Shown here: positions 59,384 through 64,000 of the stretch, piece by piece
How the letters are laid out: the number at the start of each line of letters is the position of its first letter
How positions within the stretch are numbered: position 1 is the first letter of the stretch
NCBI GenBank assembly: GCA_049647405.1
Contig: JBARXP010000334.1
Span: 30,412 to 94,411 of the forward strand
Length of the DNA stretch: 64,000 bases
Reading direction: 5' to 3'
From: Elainellaceae cyanobacterium
GTDB taxonomy: Bacteria > Cyanobacteriota > Cyanobacteriia > CAKZMO01
Notes under the pieces: model-generated
Databases searched by the model: none
Seen by the model: the letters and a program-made list of their open reading frames with translations, nothing else
What the model was told of the DNA's origin: nothing
Position numbers and translations under genes: made by a program

Positions 59384-61251
59384 TAGAAATCCTCCTGTTC
59401 GGCACGGATGGCAGCGATTTCGGTTTGCAGTTCACGAAAATAGTCAGACGTGATGATGTCGGAGACTTGGCTCTTGCGCTTGGTTTGGTCGATCTCGATT
59501 TGCAGCTCTTGCAGTTGCCGTTTGAGGGCTTCTTCTTCTCGCTTTTGTTGGGTGATGTCTTCGGCAATGCCCTCGTAGTAGAGGCACCGCCCTGCGCTAT
59601 CGCGCACCGCCTGGACGCTCTCTCGAATCCAGCGGCGATCGCCACTGGATTCATAAATCTGATACTCAACACCCTGAATGCGCTCTTGTTCTTGAACTTG
59701 GGAGGTGATGCGATCGCGACAGTGAATATCGACGTAGGGAGCCGTTGGCTGATCGGCTAGAGCCCCGAGCATAGCATCAGGATTTTCGTAGCCATAGAGT
59801 GTTGCCATGGCCTGATTAACGCTGACAAAACGACCATCGGGATCAGCCTGATAAATGCCTTCTACAGCATTTTCAAAGATTCCTCGATATTTCATTTCCG
59901 CAAGCTGGAGCTGCTCTTCGGCCTGTTTGCGATCGGTGATGTCGCATAGCGCCATGAGCGCGGCTGCTTCGCCATGAAAGGTCAGGTATTGAAGCGAAAG
60001 CGTCACCCAAAACAGACTCCCATCTGCCCGTTGACAAGGAAGCTCATAGCCATGAACGGGCTTTTGCTGATGTACCAGTTCTCCTAACTGCTCAAGATCG
60101 TGGGGGCGATCGTAAAAGTCTTGAATGCGGCGGCTCAGCAATACTTCGGTCGCAAGGCCAAAACTTTCACTGGCTTTGGGGTTGGCGTAGAGAATCTGCC
60201 CGTCGGCAAGGCGCGTCACCATCACCGGAACAGGGGTCGCTTCAGCAATGAGGCTCTGCGCTAAAAACAACACTTCTCGCTGACGGAGGCGATCGCGCTC
60301 TAGGCAAGCGCTAATTTTGCTGTTGAGCAACACCGGGTTAAATGGCTTGGCCACATAGTCTTCAGCGCCTAGCTCAATGCACTGCACCACATTGTCAATT
60401 TCATCGAGCGACGACATCATCATGACGGGAATGCGGCGGCGAGCGTCGCGCTGGCGCAGATGCATCAGCACCTGATACCCATTCATCTCGGGCATGAGAA
60501 TGTCGAGCAAGACCAAGTCAATCGGGGTTTGCTCAATCTGCTCTAGAGCCGTGCGACCGTTGGCTGCTGTGATCACCTGATAGCCCTGTCGTTGCAGTTG
60601 GCGCATCACCAAATCTCGGTTGGCCTCGCTATCATCGACGACTAAGATGCGGCTGGATGAGTTAGCCTGAATGCCATTGAAGTCGAGACGACTGAGGGTA
60701 CGTTCTGCTTCTTGCACGAGAGGAGGAGACGAATCGAGATCAGAATGACGGTCACGATCTTGATGTTGGTAGTCTCGATAGCGATCGAGCAGCGTCGGTA
60801 AGTCGCAAGCAAGCTGCTGGGCTGCCGCGATGATTTTTTCAAGATCGCTCTCGGCATCGGTCAAGCCGGAGGCGGAGCGCAACGCGTCGCAGGTGCTGAC
60901 GATGTTGGCGATCGCCCCCTGTAGCCGACGTTTTAAGGCAGAGAGAAGATCGGCAAATTCGTCAGCACTAGACTCTAGAAGACCTGATTGGTTCTGACTC
61001 TGCAAGGTTTGATTCATCTGTTGCAGCATGTCATGGCCCTGGTCGCGTATCCCCTGCAACTGCGCTTCGACATCTTCGTCAAGATTTTCGATGTCTTCAA
61101 GCAGCATTTCGCTGTAGCCCAAAATGGTGTTGAGGGGCGATCGCAAATCATGGCGAATCTGAGCCATTTGGGCTCGCTGGTTACGGCCTGAGGGTTGACC
61201 AGAGGCTGATTCTGAACTGAGTGGAGAAGAATCTGAAGACTGCATCATCAC
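59383..61251 (-). CDS. Signalling protein with orphan HisKA-like phosphoacceptor helix, REC domain and tandem PAS domains (no ATPase domain)
   Basis: N-terminal H-box [17 protein letters not shown] without a following HATPase domain; a REC domain ([12 protein letters not shown]...[17 protein letters not shown]); two PAS-like blocks; a coiled-coil tail. Confidence 0.75.
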   Translation of the reverse strand: MMMQSSDSSPLSSESASGQPSGRNQRAQMAQIRHDLRSPLNTILGYSEMLLEDIENLDEDVEAQLQGIRDQGHDMLQQMNQTLQSQNQSGLLESSADEFADLLSALKRRLQGAIANIVSTCDALRSASGLTDAESDLEKIIAAAQQLACDLPTLLDRYRDYQHQDRDRHSDLDSSPPLVQEAERTLSRLDFNGIQANSSSRILVVDDSEANRDLVMRQLQRQGYQVITAANGRTALEQIEQTPIDLVLLDILMPEMNGYQVLMHLRQRDARRRIPVMMMSSLDEIDNVVQCIELGAEDYVAKPFNPVLLNSKISACLERDRLRQREVLFLAQSLIAEATPVPVMVTRLADGQILYANPKASESFGLATEVLLSRRIQDFYDRPHDLEQLGELVHQQKPVHGYELPCQRADGSLFWVTLSLQYLTFHGEAAALMALCDITDRKQAEEQLQLAEMKYRGIFENAVEGIYQADPDGRFVSVNQAMATLYGYENPDAMLGALADQPTAPYVDIHCRDRITSQVQEQERIQGVEYQIYESSGDRRWIRESVQAVRDSAGRCLYYEGIAEDITQQKREEEALKRQLQELQIEIDQTKRKSQVSDIITSDYFRELQTEIAAIRAEQEDF

Positions 61252-61294
61252 AAAACAAGGAAAGGGGCATTTTCGAGGGGCAAGTTTGAGAAAT

Positions 61295-61669
61295 TTAGAT
61301 AACAGACGCTTCTAGCAGGGCTGTAATTTTGCTCAGCAATCGGGCTAAATCAATGGGCTTTGTATCATACTCATCGCAGCCCGCCGCCAGAGCCTGGTCG
61401 CGATCGCTCGACATGGCGTGAGCTGTCAGCGCCACCACGGGAATCGGCTGGGTCTCAGGATTGGCCTTAATCTGGCGGGTTGCCTCCCAACCGTCGATCA
61501 CAGGCAAACTCATATCCATCAAAATGAGGTCTGGTTTTTCCGTCGCGGCCATTGCCACTCCCTCAGCCCCATCGACTGCCATAATCACGCGATACCCCTT
61601 GCGAATCAGGCGGCGAGACAACATGTCGCGGTTCATTTCGTTATCTTCGACAAGCAACAATGTGGTCAT
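61295..61669 (-). CDS. CheY-like single-domain response regulator
   Basis: 124 aa with a REC domain (LLLVEDNEMNRD...DLILMDMSLPVIDGWEA...TKP). Confidence 0.85.
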   Translation of the reverse strand: MTTLLLVEDNEMNRDMLSRRLIRKGYRVIMAVDGAEGVAMAATEKPDLILMDMSLPVIDGWEATRQIKANPETQPIPVVALTAHAMSSDRDQALAAGCDEYDTKPIDLARLLSKITALLEASVI

Positions 61670-61729
61670 GGCAGGATCTCCAACAGGTCATCAACGACAA
61701 TCGATTCAAGAGAAAACCTAGGGGAAAAC

Positions 61730-64000
61730 CTAGGGTGAAGACAGCACCTCAGCCGATTCAGCCGCCGACTCGGTGTTGAGCAACCGACGCACCTCTGAGA
61801 GCATGTCAAGTCGTTCATAGGAGCCTTTTTGGTAAACCCGCTGAATCTGGCCTTTGAGGCGTTGGCGATCTTTCTGGGTTAGAGTTTTCGCCGTAATGGC
61901 AATCACTGGAATATGACACCATTCAGGATGACTCCGGAGCTGGCTCACGACCTCAAATCCATCAATCTCAGGCATTATCAAATCCAGCAAAATTAGACCT
62001 GGAGGCTCTTTCTGAAGTTGGTCTAATGCGGCCTGACCATCGGCAGCCACCACGACTCGCCAGCCCACATGTTCTAACTGGCGCTGGAGCAGATCGCGTA
62101 CGTTGGGGTCGTCATCGACGACCAGCACCGTCCCTCGGCGACCGCTTTGATATTTTTGCAACACGTCGCGCAGGCGATCGCGCTCTAAGGGCTTGACGAG
62201 ATAGTCAGAAGCTCCCAAGGCATAGCCCAAAGGCTTATCATCCACAATGGTCATCATCACCACAGGAATCGCTATTGTCTGCGGGTCAGCTTTCAGCGCA
62301 GTTAGCACAGACCAACCATCGATATCGGGCATCATCACATCCAACACGATCGCCACAGGCATCGTTTCCTTTGCCAACCGCAGACCTTCCACCCCCGAAA
62401 ATGCAGCCTGAGTTGAAAACCCTTCTTTGGATAAGAACCGCTGCACCAGCTCTTGAATATTGGGGTCATCGTCAATGACCAAGACCGTATCGGCCTGAGT
62501 CTCACCGATCCGCTGGGTCGGAGTGGGTTGAGGCATGTCACTGTCAGGCTGAGAAGCCACCTGGACAGGCAACCAGATGGTAAATTTTGACCCAACTCCG
62601 GGTTGACTTTCGACCTTGATGCCGCCGCCCATCATGCGGCAAAAGTGTTGGGTGATCGCCAGCCCTAGACCTGTGCCGCCATATTTGCGAGTGGTCGAAC
62701 CGTCAGCTTGGGAAAAGGCATGAAATAGGCGTCCGATTTGCTCATCATTCATGCCAATCCCTGTATCTTGCACCGTGAAGACGATCCAGTCGGATTCAGA
62801 AGAGAAGGAGACAGGAGTGGAGAAGTTAGGAGATGAGAAGTCAGGAGTGGAGGAGTTAGGAGATGAGAAGTCAGGAGTGGAGAAGTCAGCCGCTGCTGTT
62901 TCGTGAGAATGGGGATTACTTGAATGGGCTGCAGTGGAATGAGTCCCGTTGGCATGGTGGGCAGAGAGCACAGGCTCTGCAATGTCTGCAGGGTTCGTGT
63001 CGGTTGAATCTGGAAGATAAGACTGACGAGTGACGGTCAGCGTGATCTGGCCCTGTTCGGTAAATTTGCTGGCATTGCTCAGCAGATTGAGTAATCCCTG
63101 ACGCACCTTCATCAGGTCGGCGTGCATGGTGCCAACATCGTCAACACCATCAACGATGAGCTGGTTTTGATTTTTGTCAACCAAGGGTGAAATGGTGTTG
63201 ACCACGTCCTGAACCATGGGTTGCAGATCAAAGCTTTCCAAATACAGCTCCATGCGACCCGCTTCAATTTTGGAGATGTCTAAAATGTCGTTGATCAGCC
63301 CCAGGAGATGCTGTCCGGCTCCGTGGATTTTGTTGAGGTCGCCAATAAATTCAACCTGGCCGATATCTTCTGCTTCTTCATGCAGCATTTCGCTGTAGCC
63401 GATGATGGCATTGAGCGGCGTCCGCAGTTCGTGGCTCATATTGGCCAGAAACTGGCTTTTTGCCTGGTTTGCCGCTTCAGCTTTGAGCTTGGCTAGCTCG
63501 GCTTCCCGCATACTTTCTGCTAGTTGAGCCGTGCGATCGCCCACTCGCTGCTCTAGCTCCTCATTCAACTGCCGTAGAGCCGATTCGCTTTTTTTGCGCT
63601 GGGTAATGTCGTGCATGAAGATCGACAAGCCATCCGCACCAGGATACACACGCACTTCTAGCCACAGCTGAGCCGTGGTGCAGTATTCTTCAAAGGCCAG
63701 CATTTCATCGTTGGTTGCTGCTAATTCACAAGCCTGGGTGAGGCGATCGCCCATCATTCCTACGAAAACCTGAGCCAAGGGCTGACCGATCAAATCGGTA
63801 GAGTTGAGCTTGAGTTGCTGAGCCATCTTAGGGTTGAGATCGAGAATCTGCCCCTGGTTATCAACCGACACAAATGCATCGGTGATGCTCTTTAGCACGT
63901 TTGCAGTGCGCTGATGGGTACGGCGCAGATGACTAAGAATGAGGTACGCAATCCAACCGACTAGCAATAGGGAAAGGCCATAGGCGTAGAGGCGACTGCC
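61730..64000 (-). CDS. Hybrid sensor histidine kinase with PAS, HisKA/HATPase and two C-terminal REC domains; N-terminus runs off the window end
   Basis: H-box [17 protein letters not shown], a G-box, two REC domains (VLVIDDDPN...; VLVVDDDPN...) and a Ser/Thr/Pro repeat linker. The track start is TTG 63967 but the frame stays open to nt 64000 with TM-like sequence. Confidence 0.8.
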   Translation of the reverse strand, partial: GSRLYAYGLSLLLVGWIAYLILSHLRRTHQRTANVLKSITDAFVSVDNQGQILDLNPKMAQQLKLNSTDLIGQPLAQVFVGMMGDRLTQACELAATNDEMLAFEEYCTTAQLWLEVRVYPGADGLSIFMHDITQRKKSESALRQLNEELEQRVGDRTAQLAESMREAELAKLKAEAANQAKSQFLANMSHELRTPLNAIIGYSEMLHEEAEDIGQVEFIGDLNKIHGAGQHLLGLINDILDISKIEAGRMELYLESFDLQPMVQDVVNTISPLVDKNQNQLIVDGVDDVGTMHADLMKVRQGLLNLLSNASKFTEQGQITLTVTRQSYLPDSTDTNPADIAEPVLSAHHANGTHSTAAHSSNPHSHETAAADFSTPDFSSPNSSTPDFSSPNFSTPVSFSSESDWIVFTVQDTGIGMNDEQIGRLFHAFSQADGSTTRKYGGTGLGLAITQHFCRMMGGGIKVESQPGVGSKFTIWLPVQVASQPDSDMPQPTPTQRIGETQADTVLVIDDDPNIQELVQRFLSKEGFSTQAAFSGVEGLRLAKETMPVAIVLDVMMPDIDGWSVLTALKADPQTIAIPVVMMTIVDDKPLGYALGASDYLVKPLERDRLRDVLQKYQSGRRGTVLVVDDDPNVRDLLQRQLEHVGWRVVVAADGQAALDQLQKEPPGLILLDLIMPEIDGFEVVSQLRSHPEWCHIPVIAITAKTLTQKDRQRLKGQIQRVYQKGSYERLDMLSEVRRLLNTESAAESAEVLSSP

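Noticed and set aside
1-64000. CRISPR arrays, integrases/transposases, restriction-modification, toxin-antitoxin or other named defence systems
   Set aside because: I scanned for regularly spaced direct repeats and for hallmark motifs (DDE, tyrosine recombinase RHRY, Cas HD/RuvC, methyltransferase DPPY/NPPY) in the ORF translations and found none. The only mobile-type signal is the transposase-less MITE-like element.

Overview
This 64-kb window is a chromosomal segment of a cyanobacterium, judged from the very frequent HIP1 octamer GCGATCGC, about 55% GC, a ctaCDE cytochrome c oxidase operon, Ycf23, a PAM68-like protein and a DevBCA-type exporter. Coding density is high (about 50 protein genes plus one tRNA-Asp), and much of the content is housekeeping: rsgA, iscS-type cysteine desulfurase, a group-3 sigma factor, nfu, htrA, murG, murI, pdhB, rpsO, ruvA and rlmH. 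A large share is signalling proteins: a Cache-HAMP-histidine kinase-REC-class III nucleotide cyclase giant, an OmpR-type two-component pair, three CheY-like single-domain receivers, and a four-gene minus-strand phosphorelay operon at the 3' end of the window. I found no CRISPR array, integrase, transposase, or recognisable defence-system or toxin-antitoxin proteins. The observations most worth follow-up are non-coding or accessory: (1) a roughly 88-bp nested-palindrome repeat present twice (11445-11532 and 52803-52891) whose central stems differ by compensatory substitutions; (2) a roughly 330-bp MITE-like element with 17-20-bp terminal inverted repeats and no transposase (15354-15682); (3) a 110-bp three-way-junction palindrome next to tRNA-Asp; (4) 19-bp x4 and 14-bp x3 tandem direct repeats in the murG divergent promoter; (5) two low-GC patches (20.9-23.6 kb, gene-poor; 53.4-56.3 kb, encoding a secreted SH3b protein, an EEP hydrolase and a secreted 3x19-aa tandem-repeat peptide); (6) Ser/Pro/Asn-rich tandem-repeat linkers in three paralogous hybrid kinases. 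All calls are from reading the sequence and remembered family motifs; no database search was run.
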